From contig JAVECO010000031.1 of NCBI GenBank assembly GCA_051942205.1, positions 1-64,000 on the forward strand: DNA of 64,000 nucleotides, in the 5' to 3' direction. This DNA is from Coniocarpon cinnabarinum (Eukaryota). The stretch's first letter is position 1. The number at the start of each line of letters is the position of its first letter. This document shows, in pieces, positions 11,429 to 23,126 of the stretch. A program made the position numbers and the translations under genes. Under the pieces are notes generated by a model. The model was not told the DNA's origin. It saw only the letters and a list, made by a program, of their open reading frames with translations, and made no database searches.

Positions 11429-13067
11429 ATGCACGACTCCTATGAACGCTTGCCCTTTTTTGCACTCAAGCAAAATGATGACTGTGCACTCAAGCGTCCG
11501 TCAAGGTCGCGCAGACGTGCCCGGGCCTATTCTCTTGGGTCAGTGCGCCGTTGGCTGCGGTTGCACGGACTAGGATACGGTTCGGCCTCAATACGGTTCT
11601 TGAAGACATTGGCATGGCTTGCGTTTATATCCCTAGCATTCATTAGCGCGGCAACTCTGTCATTTTCTTTCTTTTTCACGCCTACGTACGAACGGCTGCC
11701 TCCACACTATGAGCGGCTGAGACAAAACGTCAAGAATTCTTCATTGCCCGGCCGAGCAAATGTCAACAAGGAGCAGATCTTCATTGCTGCCAACATCGTC
11801 AACGCCCATCTCGTGCGCGGCGCGTGGGGTCGTTCGCTTGCGCAATTGATTGAGATTCTCGGTCCGGAGAATGTATTCTTGAGTATTTATGAAAATGATA
11901 GCGGTCCCGAGACGGTTGAAGCGCTGACAGCATTGAACGAGACCCTAGCCTGTGAGTCGTCGACACCTAATATAGCTACATCCAATGTCGAAGCGCCATA
12001 GTAACATCCGCATAGGTAATCGATCTGTTGTCGCAGGAGCGCATCTCGACATGGAGACCATGGCATCTGTGCCGCATCCGAGCCCTAAGCTCGGCCGGGC
12101 CGTCAAGCGTGTGGAGTATCTGTCGCATGTGCGTAACAAAGCTTTAGCTCCACTCGACGTGTCAAATGCGGTAGAGGACGCCTCGGCCGACGGCTTCCGA
12201 GCTGCCAACGACGTCGTCTTCGACCGACTGCTCTTCCTAAACGATGTCTACTTCGACGCTCTGGACGCAGCGCACCTACTCTTCTCGACCAGGGCCGAAA
12301 GCGGCACAGCTCGCTACGAAGCGGCTTGTGCTCTTGATTTCGACAGTCCATTGCATTTCTATGACTCGCTGGCTACTCGGGATTTTGATGGCTACGGCGT
12401 CGGCTACGGTCCGCACTTTCGCAGCTTCCCATGGTTTGGCCGCGGTGACAGTGGCCAAACTCGGGACGCAGTACTAGCTGGAAGTGACGCTGTGCCTGTT
12501 CGCAGCTGCTGGGGTGGAATGGTCGCCTTCAATGCGCGATGGTTCCAGCCGAATGTCACTTCGGATCCAGTGCGCTTCCGATCGACCAACGAGCTCTATT
12601 GGGACGCGTCGGAATGCTGTCTCATCAATGCAGACATTTCCAGCAAATTTCTGAACGAGAACCCTGCTGTACGCGATCATGGCATCTTCATGAATCCGTA
12701 CATACGCACAGCGTATGATGAGCGGACTTTCCAATGGATACCCCTAGCGAAGCATTTCGAGACAGCTGGCGCATTCCTTCAGGATATACTTACGCGCTTT
12801 TCCGTCTTTCCGTATGATAGCGAGAGAAGGCAAGAAGAGGTCGGACAGGAGGTGCGACGCCGTGTATGGACGAGTCACAGATCTGACGCATTGCTCGATC
12901 AGGCCCACGGTCAATATCGCGAACAAAGTCTAATTGCTGAGCCAGGCGGGTTTTGTGGCATTCGGCGCATGGATGTCATGCGCAAGGACCGGCTTGCTGC
13001 TTTGAAGAAGGGCGAAAAGACGTATGATGAGTTTATGTCGCCCGGAAATTTGTACAAACCATTTTAA
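11429..13067 (+). CDS. CAP59-like alpha-1,3-mannosyltransferase (GT69), type II membrane protein (exons 11429-11951, 12016-13067)
   Basis: N-terminal TM segment, then LGPENVFLSIYENDS, YLSHVRNKAL, LFLNDVYF, ACALDF, FYDSLATRD, VRSCWGGMVAF and SECCLINAD. The intron GTGAGT..CATAG joins in frame. Confidence 0.9.
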
Positions 13068-14081
13068 AGAATCACGTAGCAAATGAACACGGTTGGATCG
13101 TAATCAGACGTAGACCATTCCAGGACGAGTCAAAGTTGTCAGTTTGGAATCTTTGCCCAGAGCCAGGTGGAGTTTGTTGCCCGAATGTCGGGTAATGGTC
13201 TCGATGTAATTGCTTTCGTACCAACATACTCCGACTAGCTTCTGCTGCGAGGATTGTTTGAAATGGACATGCCCCGCGCTCGTCGAAAGTAGGTCACATG
13301 GTCGAGAGCCTCGGGCTCCATTCGGGTTGTGCGCAAGCTGATAATATCTTCTTTGTCTTGCAGCGCGTGGTAATCTTGTCCAACGCAACCAACCCAAGAT
13401 CCGAAAGAGTTTCGATGACGGAGATCGTAGACGAGATTGATCCAGAAGATTCTCCTGCAACCGCCCTACCATGCTGGGGCTAATATGCGACGCTACTTCT
13501 GTATATCAAATACAGTAATGCTGATAAAACAGATACTATTTGTTGGTTACAAATAAACAAATTTCAAGGGGTTATAATGAGCGATACAATAGTTATAATT
13601 AGTACTCGTGCAAGGTTTCAGTAGCAATTAAGGTTGTGGTTATGACCCCCCTTGGTCATGGTATAATGATAATGGGCTTGGTAAGAGGGGACCCGTTCTA
13701 CGAACATCGCTAACAGAATGTGCGGACATATGCCTTGGACGTAGCACTACCATACGTCGCACATTCCAATACCTGTTGCAAAGCATAGACATGGTACATT
13801 GTGCAGAAACCGTCTGTACGTCACCCTCCGAAGTAGGGTTGGCAGAGCACTTGTGCAGAAGCAAGAATCTTTACTAATTTTACAGCGCCGCGAAAGGTAG
13901 CAGCTCTCGCATAATGCGGGAAGGGCGGAAGATTCTTTCGCTGGCTCCAAAACGGTTGCCCAACAGAGCCTGGACAGATGTTAGTTGCGCGTCTACGATC
14001 TAGTCATTTCGGTCAGGAGGTTGACACCATCCTGCCTATAACTTTGGGGTCCAAGATTGACTTATCGTAGAGCTTCGTCGT

Positions 14082-14558
14082 CTACACTTGAATTTGACAA
14101 CGACTTTTATCTCCTGACTCTGGCTGCGAAATAATACGAAGGCCCGAGGAAAACCGCGCATTCGAAGGCTGTTCAGACCGTGAATAAATAAGGGACGTAT
14201 AGTTATGATGAAAGAGCAGTCTAGTGATTTGGACTTTGACGCAGCAACCGTTCCAGTGTCCAAAGCGTGCTTCTAGCTCAAAAGATCCGCTGTGTTGACG
14301 TGTGGTGCACGCCACACAGACCCGCACCAGCTCATTGTCGTCATCGTTGTCAACCCGCATCGATTCTTGAAAGTACCTCAGAGAATCCTTGTCAGTGTTC
14401 CCCCCAAGGTTTTCGTAGTAATGCATGCTTTTCTCATCAAGCTTGTTCATCCAGCGAATTATTCCCTTCGCCGGTTCCCATTGCGCATGCTCCAATGTTG
14501 GTATTGACGGATCTACTGTTGGGGAGACACGTAGAAGACGGCCGTTGTTGTTGGTCAT
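14082..14558 (-). CDS. Possible hypothetical protein (no recognisable domain)
   Basis: Open frame of about 200 codons with protein-like composition. First ATG is near 14558. No motif recognised. Confidence 0.25.
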   Translation of the reverse strand: MTNNNGRLLRVSPTVDPSIPTLEHAQWEPAKGIIRWMNKLDEKSMHYYENLGGNTDKDSLRYFQESMRVDNDDDNELVRVCVACTTRQHSGSFELEARFGHWNGCCVKVQITRLLFHHNYTSLIYSRSEQPSNARFSSGLRIISQPESGDKSRCQIQV

Positions 14559-14842
14559 GTGGCACGCCCGTGGCAAAGATCTGCGAACTGAGCAAAGCTT
14601 TCTAAATTGCAACCTAGAACGTATTGCCTTTAGCAAGCTATCTCTAAAAATTTCGATTTTGTATGCAAGGCGAAATGCTGACAAGGCCTTAGTGCTTCAG
14701 AACCCGCCGGGTGAATTGGTAGCCATTTCCAAGAGACTTCTGGGCTTCAATCAGAAGTCAAATGTGCACCAATACGACTCAAGGCAGCGTTAGATGCCGA
14801 AACTATGCACGCGCACGCAAGAGGATCCGCCATCACTCAGCA

Positions 14843-15794
14843 TTAGCGTCTCGAAGGACCCGGCATGCCGGGCAACAAGTTGGACACATTAGGCACCAGG
14901 TGACGATGGTGTAAGTCCTTGCGCACCCAGAACGCAGTATTGCCAACAGCTTCAATCCAAAAGTTGTCGCCTTGGCCGCCTGGTTCACCCCAGTCAAGCA
15001 TGACTTCGTACTCAGCGATCAGGAATTCAGGGAAAGGATGACCCCTCATACTCTCGTGAAACCTGCTGCACCAGATGATTGGGGGCTTGTGTTGTCGAAG
15101 CTCGTCTGTAGGAAGGGCACTGTTGTCGAGGTGAGGTACGACGAGCAATGTCTTGGGATTGATGCGGTGGCGCAGGTCTTCTCCCATTTCATCGGTGGCG
15201 TGCGCGCCGTAGCCCTTTGATGAAGAGATGTGTCAGCCGGGTCTAGTTCCAAAGATGTCCCAGCCAGTAGCCAGTTTCTTCGCCTTGCTCTACTGCACGC
15301 ATGATAGCTTTCCTTACCTCGTAGATGTTCAAGTCACCATGCTCGAAGCCTGTGTCGTGAATGTAAAGCATAATCTCCCCATTCCGCCCGGGAATGAGAC
15401 GCCTGACGACGTGCGCTCCCCTTATCAGCCACGCGAGGTCCAGAGTAACGGCGATCTGTCCCATTGGGCCAACATAACGTGCATCTCCAAGACCCAACGT
15501 GTGGTTCGCATATAGAGAACCAGGGCCTAGGCTAACTATGTTGTCGGTGCTGCTCAGAGCGTTGTGCTGATGTTGGAATGCTTCTGCGAAACTACGTTGG
15601 GCTTCCGACTCTTTCCATGTACTTTCATGGAAATGTGCCACTTGTTCAGTGATACCATGTTCACCCTCCCCATCTCTCTCTCGCTCGGGGTCATTGGAGG
15701 CCCGGAAGCCGACGCCGAGGGCGTTACCTCTGAACCACGTTTGATGGCGATGATTTGGATGTCGACTGGATTGTTGTTGGGATGAGGATGCCAT
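14843..15794 (-). CDS. Orphan hypothetical protein, 282 aa (exons 15794-15318, 15214-14843)
   Basis: Two adjacent ORFs join in phase 0 through GAG|GTAAGG...GCTGAC...CAAAG|GGC. Confidence 0.6.
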
Positions 15795-17606
15795 ACTGCA
15801 GTGAATATGAGTGGGGATCTTGAAGCTATTGCTTCGTAACGTCTACAGATAGATGCTTTGTTTGGTGGTCACTGTGGTGACTGAATGGATTTGGCGGGCT
15901 TCTACAAGGCAGTATGTCGGCCATGATCGTCACTCGCTTTATATTGATATATTGGATACGTTTCAGCATTTGACAATGGTTTAGTTGGCCTCTTGATACG
16001 ACGAAGAGGCAGAAAACGTAGATCTTCCGTGTTAGAGCCACGCCATTTGCTTGCTCGAGGCAGCATCATGTAAGCAGCACCATTCGCTTGGGGCAAGGAA
16101 GCTTATTCCCAAGCACGCTCAGACCAAACCCTTCGCAATTCTGAGACGGAACGTTTCTGCAGAGACCCGGGTTGGTACGTTTCTGAGGCCTGCGCCAAGC
16201 TTGTCATAGACCAAAATTTCCGCTTGAAGAAATTCTCTTCTCAAACTTGTCGTAGTCTGGGGTTAGTGTAGGCTGACACGATAAGAGCCGTGGTCCGTAA
16301 TTTTGATGTCAGATCATGCGAGCGCATGCGAGCGCACAGTCAGATTCCTCGTGTATGAGATTGCATATGGGATCGTTAGTATGCTGAAAGGTGTCACTTG
16401 GCCAGACAAGACACGTCAGATCTGTCTTGCAGCCTTCATGCGATGGCCACCTGAATGCTGACTTTTGCATGGTCGCAGCCCATATCCACTGTTACCATGT
16501 TGGGTTACACAGTAATTTTGGAGCCCAATAGCTTCTAGGAGCAACCATCAGGTCCCTGAAAAGCGTGTGAGACTCTGGCAACGTTAGTGTTTTAGCATGT
16601 AATGTGGGTCTTTGGAAAGCGGGACGTGTTTAGGAAATGGCTGCTCTCATTCTAGACCATCCCAAGCGTATTACAATCCGGCTTCAGCTTGCCCTTTTGC
16701 TCACCTCTTCAGAAACACCGAAGTCAAGTTGGCGGCGCTATAGGTGCGCAGACGCTGGGGCGGCTCACATGCTGTGAGATGACCTGCGCATATAAGGAGA
16801 GTGACACGTGCGCAAGGACCGAAGAAATTCTTTCCTACATCCAGTATCCTCGTCGCTTAATTTTTGAACTTCCGCATTCCAGCAGCAGGTAGCGGTATCA
16901 ATGTACAACCCTTGTTTCAGGGTTTGCGTGGTCAGCTGCGATTCCATTGTAAGGGGGCTGCGTTGCTGACACACGACCCAAGGACCTTTTCCCACTATGA
17001 CGCTTGTCCTGCCTTTTGAGACAGATGGCTTTGCAAAGCAGGCTTCAAATGCACATGTAGGACTAGCTATTCCTCGATTGACTAGATCGCAGCCTTTTCA
17101 GGTAAAAGGGCTACGCACAAGGATTGTCTAAACAGGGCTGAATCGTCCAAGAATTTGATTTCAGTCCAAGACTCTGACATCTTGTCTAATAGCTGCACGC
17201 CCTGTGCTCCTAAAGGATAGCATTTGCAGCTTTCCTCTGCTTTGCTCGCCCTTCGACTTGCTTCTGCGACACGACGAGAAGTTCTGACGGCGTGCTTGCG
17301 GCGGGGGGGAAGTAGACGTTAGGCTCTTGAGAGGCAGTGGAAGGACGTGCAGGGTTTGTTCCAATAATTGCTCGTACGGCTCGCTGCACATATCCTGTAG
17401 AAGCGCATTGTCATTTTTGGGGTATTGATCGTATGCTCGTGTCAAGCCAAAGCATATAAAAACTACAAGAGCGAGGGAAGATCCCCTTCTATCATACTCA
17501 CTTCTGCCCCGATCACCTCAAGGTCTCTCCGGGTCGACTGAGTGCAGATAATTTCGCTTCTATTCAACTTGAGTCACACCAAGTTGGTTCCACTTACGTT
17601 GCCTGA

Positions 17607-18379
17607 ATATATGCACAACTTCTTTCTGCTGTTCTCCTCGCACGCTACGCCACTGCAGTCTCTGTACAAGGCGGGGATGACGGCATTGTGGGCGCACAAA
17701 ACGGTGAAGTCAAGACTTTTACCTCTCACGACTTCGTCCACAATGTTTACGCGGAAAATTTGAGCAGCAACAAGGCGAAGCTTGCAGAACGCGGCAACGC
17801 AGACTATGTCTCTGGATGTGATGATCAGTGGGTGCCAGGAGAGGATTTTACTCGTGGTGATCGTCATTACGTTGGGTATCGCTCGGCGGTGATAGCCTTT
17901 TGCGATCACATCACTAAGGATTTGAATGGGAAGGCCGACATCAGTAAGTACAGCTGAATCGAATTTGCGACGTTAGTCAGGTTAATTTCGTATTGTGAAT
18001 TTTAGTTGGACCAAATCCATACGCAGGGGACACCATCACCATGAATGCACAGGGTGACCTTGTGGGCTTGGACCACGGCAACGAGCCTAGTTAGAATCCA
18101 ACCCCTGGGAAAATAGAGTGTAAGCTTCATTCCTTTCACAAAAACGAGTCTTGCAAGTGGCGTTAGCTGATACCCATAAAGTCGAGATCCATAACAAGCA
18201 GTAAAGATTCGTCTTACACTCCAAATAACGACATTTGCATCGGCAATTTCAAGAAGATGACCGACCCAGATGCAAATGGCGACAACTGCTACGGTTCGAA
18301 GCATCACGACACCAAGGGAGGGATTTGGCAGGTCGGCAAGGATGAGGTCTCGTTTCATGCTCTTCCCAACTTCAATTAA
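17607..18379 (+). pseudogene. Pseudogene of a small Cys-containing secreted protein (exons ~17607-17943, 18006-18119, 18182-18379)
   Basis: Signal-peptide-like (I)YAQLLSAVLLARYATA, two introns with GTAAG donors, TAG at 18092 and a frameshift at ~18202. The C-terminus reads CYGSKHHDTKGGIWQVGKDEVSFHALPNFN*. A TATAAAAA box lies at ~17455. Confidence 0.7.
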
Positions 18380-18864
18380 CAGATGAGCGTTGGTATCACG
18401 AGAGTACTGAGCTCCGCACGACCAGTCTGGTTTTGGCATGCTTCGGGAACTTTGTAGTTTTCAGTGTAGCTTGCTTGGTAGGTTTTCAAACGTTTGGGGA
18501 TTGTGCCCGGTCCTGGCGTGCTGGCATGAAAGCTTTTGTTCGCTGCAAGGTTCTGTGAAGAATTATCACTGGACAGGCTTTCTGAAGCGCACAACAAGCG
18601 CGCGGATGCACTAGGTAAGGCCTATCTGATGATCTGATGATCTGCTGCAATGTGACTATGCTTTGAAGCAAGGTCAGGTCGGCTGTGGCTGTGGGGGTAA
18701 TGGCAATCGTAGTCACGTGACTTTGGTATATAGTGTGGGGCGGGAAGCGTAAAGCGAGCACAAGCAACTCGAAGGACTGACGGGAAGACAGGTGGTAACG
18801 AGAAAGTAATGATCAGCCTAGAATTAGGACGAACGCTCTCGGTGATGCTCTTGTCACATTGAAC

Positions 18865-20647
18865 ATGTTATTCAGATTAGCAGCACTGGCTGCTGCCACT
18901 CATTATGCCTCCGCCGCGGATACACCCAGGCCTAAGGGTGTTGGCCCAGACTGTGAGACAAATGCAGTGACTAACTGACTGCTGAATACAAGCTGACGCG
19001 CCCCTTTGAAGATGCCAAATTCTACAAAGACCCCCATTCGTTCTCTTGTGCGTCGCATTCGCTTGAAAGTCGAGTCTTACCTAAGGATAACCGCTCTACA
19101 TAGGCATCTTCAATCCTTCGATAACAGTACCTACCTCCCAAATTAACGACAACTACTGCGACTGCCCTGATGGCTCCGATGAGCCTGGCACCGCTGCTTG
19201 CGCCTATCTCTCGTACAACGCTCAAGCCCCTGCTCCTCCCACCGCGCCCAACTTGAACACCACCCACGCCCTCCCCGGCTTCTACTGCAAGAACAGGAAC
19301 CACAATCCTTCTTACCTACCCTTCACAGCAGTCGGTGACGGGATCTGTGATCACGAACGCTGTTGCGACGGCTCAGACGAAGCTCCGGGCGTATGTGCAG
19401 ACAAGTGCAAAGAGATTGGCGCGGAATGGCGGAAAATAGATGAGCAGCGACAGCTTAGTCTTTCCGCGGCCGCACGGAAACGCACCGAGCTTGTGAGCGA
19501 AGCGGCCAAGAAGCGCAAGGAAATTGAGGATTACATCCGTGACTTGGATCAGCAGATCAGCACGAAAGAGCAGGCTGTTTCAGACCTCGAGAAACGCAAG
19601 GACCAGCTTGAGAAGGAGGAAAAGTCACGCGTCATTCGTAAGCAGCCTGCTGCGGGCAAGGCGGCTGTGCTCGCTGGTCTGACAAAGGAAAAATTGAGGC
19701 AGTGGAAGACATCCCTTGAGTATTACCGTCGACGTCGGGACGAGGAAACCGCACGTGCCACTGAATTGGAGCAAGTCCTGTCACAATTGAAGGAAGAACA
19801 CAACCCCGACTCAGCGGATGGCAGTGTCCAGCGCGCCGTCCAGAGCTATGACGCCTACGTGACCAAATCCAAACCCGCGAACAACGACGCTTCGGAGCGC
19901 GACGCCTCTGACCTCGTGGGTGCAGAAGACCACGGCATCCCCTGGTCTGACTTCGAAACCGAGGACACCCCCGGCGAGCTGGAGACGCTCTACGCATTCG
20001 AGCAATACCTGCCCTCATTTCTGCAAGAGTACATTGACAGCCAACTCCGCAGCCTGCGCACATTTCTCATACAAAACGGTGTCCTTCCCGATAAGCCCTC
20101 AGGTTCTCAGCCCGAGGAGTCCCAACCCCTCAAAGACGCGCGCAAGACCTTGCAAGATTCGCAGAATGACCTCGAGAATGCCCGCAAGAGCAAGAAAGAA
20201 CATGAGGACTCGCTGACTGCCGATTTCGGACCCGACGACGTCTTCCGCACGAAGGAAGATCAGTGCATCTCGGGAGACAGCGGAGAGTATACGTATGAAA
20301 TTTGCTGGATGGGTCAGGTGACCCAGAAGCCGAAGAAAGGGGGTATGTCGCATAACATCGGTCGGTTCACGCATTTCACGACGGTGAGCGTGGACGAGGA
20401 AGTCAGAGATGATGGCAAGGGAATTGGGCAGGGGGAGCGTTTGGCCGCAAGACATGAGGGTGGTGGGACGTGTTGGCAGGGGCCCGCACGGAGCAGTACC
20501 GTCATCATGGCGTGTAGTGAGGAGGATGAAGTGTGGAAGGTCATGGAGGAGGAGAAGTGCGTGTACAGGCTTGAGGTCGGGACGCCTGCTGTATGTGAGA
20601 CATCGGGTCAAAGAAACGGGGAAAGCAAAGTGCACCAGGAGCTGTAA
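18865..20647 (+). CDS. GTB1: Glucosidase II beta subunit (PRKCSH-like) (exons 18865-18952, 19012-19047, 19104-20647)
   Basis: Signal peptide, PRPKGVGPD|YAKFYK, INDNYCDCPDGSDEPGTAAC, GDGICD...CCDGSDE, coiled coil, MRH domain (GEYTYEIC, CWQGPARS, EEEKCVY) and C-terminal HQEL. Confidence 0.95.
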
Positions 20648-20790
20648 GAATCAGTGACATCTGTATGATATCTGTGATGGAGGCGAAGAAATGGGAGGTC
20701 ATATATTTGCAAGCTTCGAGCACACGCCAGTAGTCTACACAAGACGCTCGACAAGATCAGATTTAGCAAGGAAGCCACCATCACCGCCGG

Positions 20791-22821
20791 CTACCGCATC
20801 CTTTCGATGTTACTCCTCATTGTACTTTTTCCCATCCCTCGTCCCGGCAAACCCGACGGTGCTCTGAGCCCACTCGCTCCCGCCGGCGTTCTGAGGGTGC
20901 CCAACCCTGCGTTATTACCAGGTCTACTGGTACCACTGATACTCTTGCGGAAGTCTTCCACGATAGCCGTCTGCTGCGGCGTTGCAGGAGCTTCTGCTTG
21001 CAATGCCAACATCTCGTCCACAGCCGCCACGAGCTCCCCCTTCTCTATCCGCTCTTGCTCCAAATCGTGCAGTAAAGAGGCATGACCCTTCTGCACACTA
21101 CTCATTTCCTCTCGTAGGCCTGCGATTGTAGCTTCGTGCTGTTGGAGTTGGGACTTCTGCTCTTCTAACAACCTCTTGGACTCTTCAGGTATGCAAGAGG
21201 TCTTTGTGCCATTTGGTAGCTCAATGGACAAGCTGGACTCCCTCATCGCCTGCAGCTCGTCATTTTGCTTCACAAGCTCATCGATGCGCGTCTGCAACTC
21301 AGCACACTTCTTCTCAGCCCGGATTTCATAGTTCTTCTTCAGACTTGACACCTTTGATTCGTGCTTTTTCTTGTACACCTGGTGCAGGTCGCGCGCTAGA
21401 TTTTCCATCTTCTCGTCGAGCTGCGAAGCAACCCGCTGGGCCACCATGGCCTCCATGGCGTCAGGGTTGCTGGACGTGCCGTCAAACCCACTTTGAGCAG
21501 CCGCCGCATTTCTGGTAGCTTCACCCGCCTTGAGCTCAGCCTCCTGACGAGCCTGGTTGGCCTCTTCGAGCTTCTGGAGAAGTTCTTCCTTTCCCTTTTC
21601 TTCGGCAATGAACTCCTCCTTAAATTTCTTCAGAGCTGTCTCGACTTCCTTGCCTTTCTTCTCCCATTCTTCCCTCAGATGTTCGGCGTGTTCTCGCGCA
21701 CTGCGTTGATCTCGCAAGCTCTCCTCAGCTTCGCCGACACGACGTTCTGCATCTCCTACAGCCTTCTTGAGGCTGGTGACTTCGGCTTCCCTCCCGCTGA
21801 GCGATGCTTTGAGAGAGGAGATCTCTGACAGATACTGGGATTTCAATGACTCAAGCTCGCGCACCGTCACCGTGGGAATCGATCTTGGAGTAGGCTGCGG
21901 GGGAAGGTCAAAGTCCAGAAGATTGAGCATACTCTGCCGTCCAGGCGTGCGCGGCTTGTTTCTCGAAGGCGATGGCATCCGTTGATTGTTGATGTGCTGT
22001 AGTAGGTTTGGCTCTGTGGTTGTCTTCCTTGGTGAGCTGGCCCGGGGTGTTCCGTCCCATGGCTGTGTGAAATCCAGCAGCAAACTGGTAGTATCTCCAC
22101 TGCCCTTTCGATATCCTGCTCGTGGAGTAGGAGAGCCTGTGCGGCGAGATCGCTCGTGCTGACTTTGGGATGTTGCTGGGGTCATGAACACTCGCGTACT
22201 AGGTGTGTGCTCGTGCTTTCTGGGGCTTAACCCATTACGCGTCGGCGTTCGTTGGCCAAGCTGGGCGAACAGCGTCATGTCGGGTACAGCCGAAAATGCA
22301 GTGAAGCCCGTGTCATCACTCGCGAACGATTTATCGGCCTCGTCTTCGTCCATACGCAAGGGGATCCCGTTCTTTTGCTGACGAGCTGACCGAGGAGGCG
22401 TAGGCTCATCCGGCAGCTCCTTGAAGGGCGAGCTCTGAGGCAGCGGAACTTTGCAGGGACTGGAGTCGGAGCTCAGGCTCGAAAAATGCGTTGGTGCAGT
22501 GGAGGCGATGTCAGAGGGCGGTAAGGGCGGGGTAGCGACGGGGTGATCCTCGTAGATGCTGAACCTGGGGCTTGCATGTTTGCGACTCGACGACTTCGCA
22601 ACACTCTGAGGGGTCAGGTCCAGTCTGAGACCCTCATGGCCAATATCGGTGCCGACCTCTGTTTGAAAGGGAGAGCTGATCACGCTGCTCGCCATTGCAA
22701 TGTTGACATCCGGTCCCCTGTGTTTGGGCGGCGAGAGTGACTTGGCGCTACGGTCCGGCGATAGCGGGCCTGACGCAATGTTGAGGGCGCTTTCAGAGCG
22801 TGGCGAGAGTGGTGTTGCCAT
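20791..22821 (-). CDS. Fungal TACC-domain coiled-coil spindle/kinetochore protein (Slk19/Alp7-like)
   Basis: SP/TP-rich N-terminus and a long coiled coil containing DLHQVYKKKHESKVSSLKKNYE. Confidence 0.75.
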   Translation of the reverse strand: MATPLSPRSESALNIASGPLSPDRSAKSLSPPKHRGPDVNIAMASSVISSPFQTEVGTDIGHEGLRLDLTPQSVAKSSSRKHASPRFSIYEDHPVATPPLPPSDIASTAPTHFSSLSSDSSPCKVPLPQSSPFKELPDEPTPPRSARQQKNGIPLRMDEDEADKSFASDDTGFTAFSAVPDMTLFAQLGQRTPTRNGLSPRKHEHTPSTRVFMTPATSQSQHERSRRTGSPTPRAGYRKGSGDTTSLLLDFTQPWDGTPRASSPRKTTTEPNLLQHINNQRMPSPSRNKPRTPGRQSMLNLLDFDLPPQPTPRSIPTVTVRELESLKSQYLSEISSLKASLSGREAEVTSLKKAVGDAERRVGEAEESLRDQRSAREHAEHLREEWEKKGKEVETALKKFKEEFIAEEKGKEELLQKLEEANQARQEAELKAGEATRNAAAAQSGFDGTSSNPDAMEAMVAQRVASQLDEKMENLARDLHQVYKKKHESKVSSLKKNYEIRAEKKCAELQTRIDELVKQNDELQAMRESSLSIELPNGTKTSCIPEESKRLLEEQKSQLQQHEATIAGLREEMSSVQKGHASLLHDLEQERIEKGELVAAVDEMLALQAEAPATPQQTAIVEDFRKSISGTSRPGNNAGLGTLRTPAGASGLRAPSGLPGRGMGKSTMRSNIERMR

Positions 22822-23126
22822 TTTCGGTGGTGGCTGTGAGAATCACGTCGAGGGTAGTAGGTGGCAGTAGCGGTGGTGGTGGAGCAGCCAGTGAGTTTCC
22901 CTTTGTCGCGTTGGACTCGCATCCATAGCAACCGGAGTTAAGCCCTTTAATCCGCCTCCCAGGTAGTTTTCTGCGGGCCTCGAGAACTGAACTTTGTCCA
23001 AGGTGCCCGTTGCGCATGACGGTATTTCTCATACGCGCTGTCTAACCCCTACGTCGTGCTTCACCATGACTTTGAGAGCATGCTAAATCGCTTTTCGGTC
23101 CTTTTTTCCGAAATGTGGAGGTCACC

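Noticed and set aside
13298..13483. NPRSERVSMTEIVDEI resembles a kinase C-terminal subdomain
   Set aside because: No other kinase motifs in any upstream frame I read.
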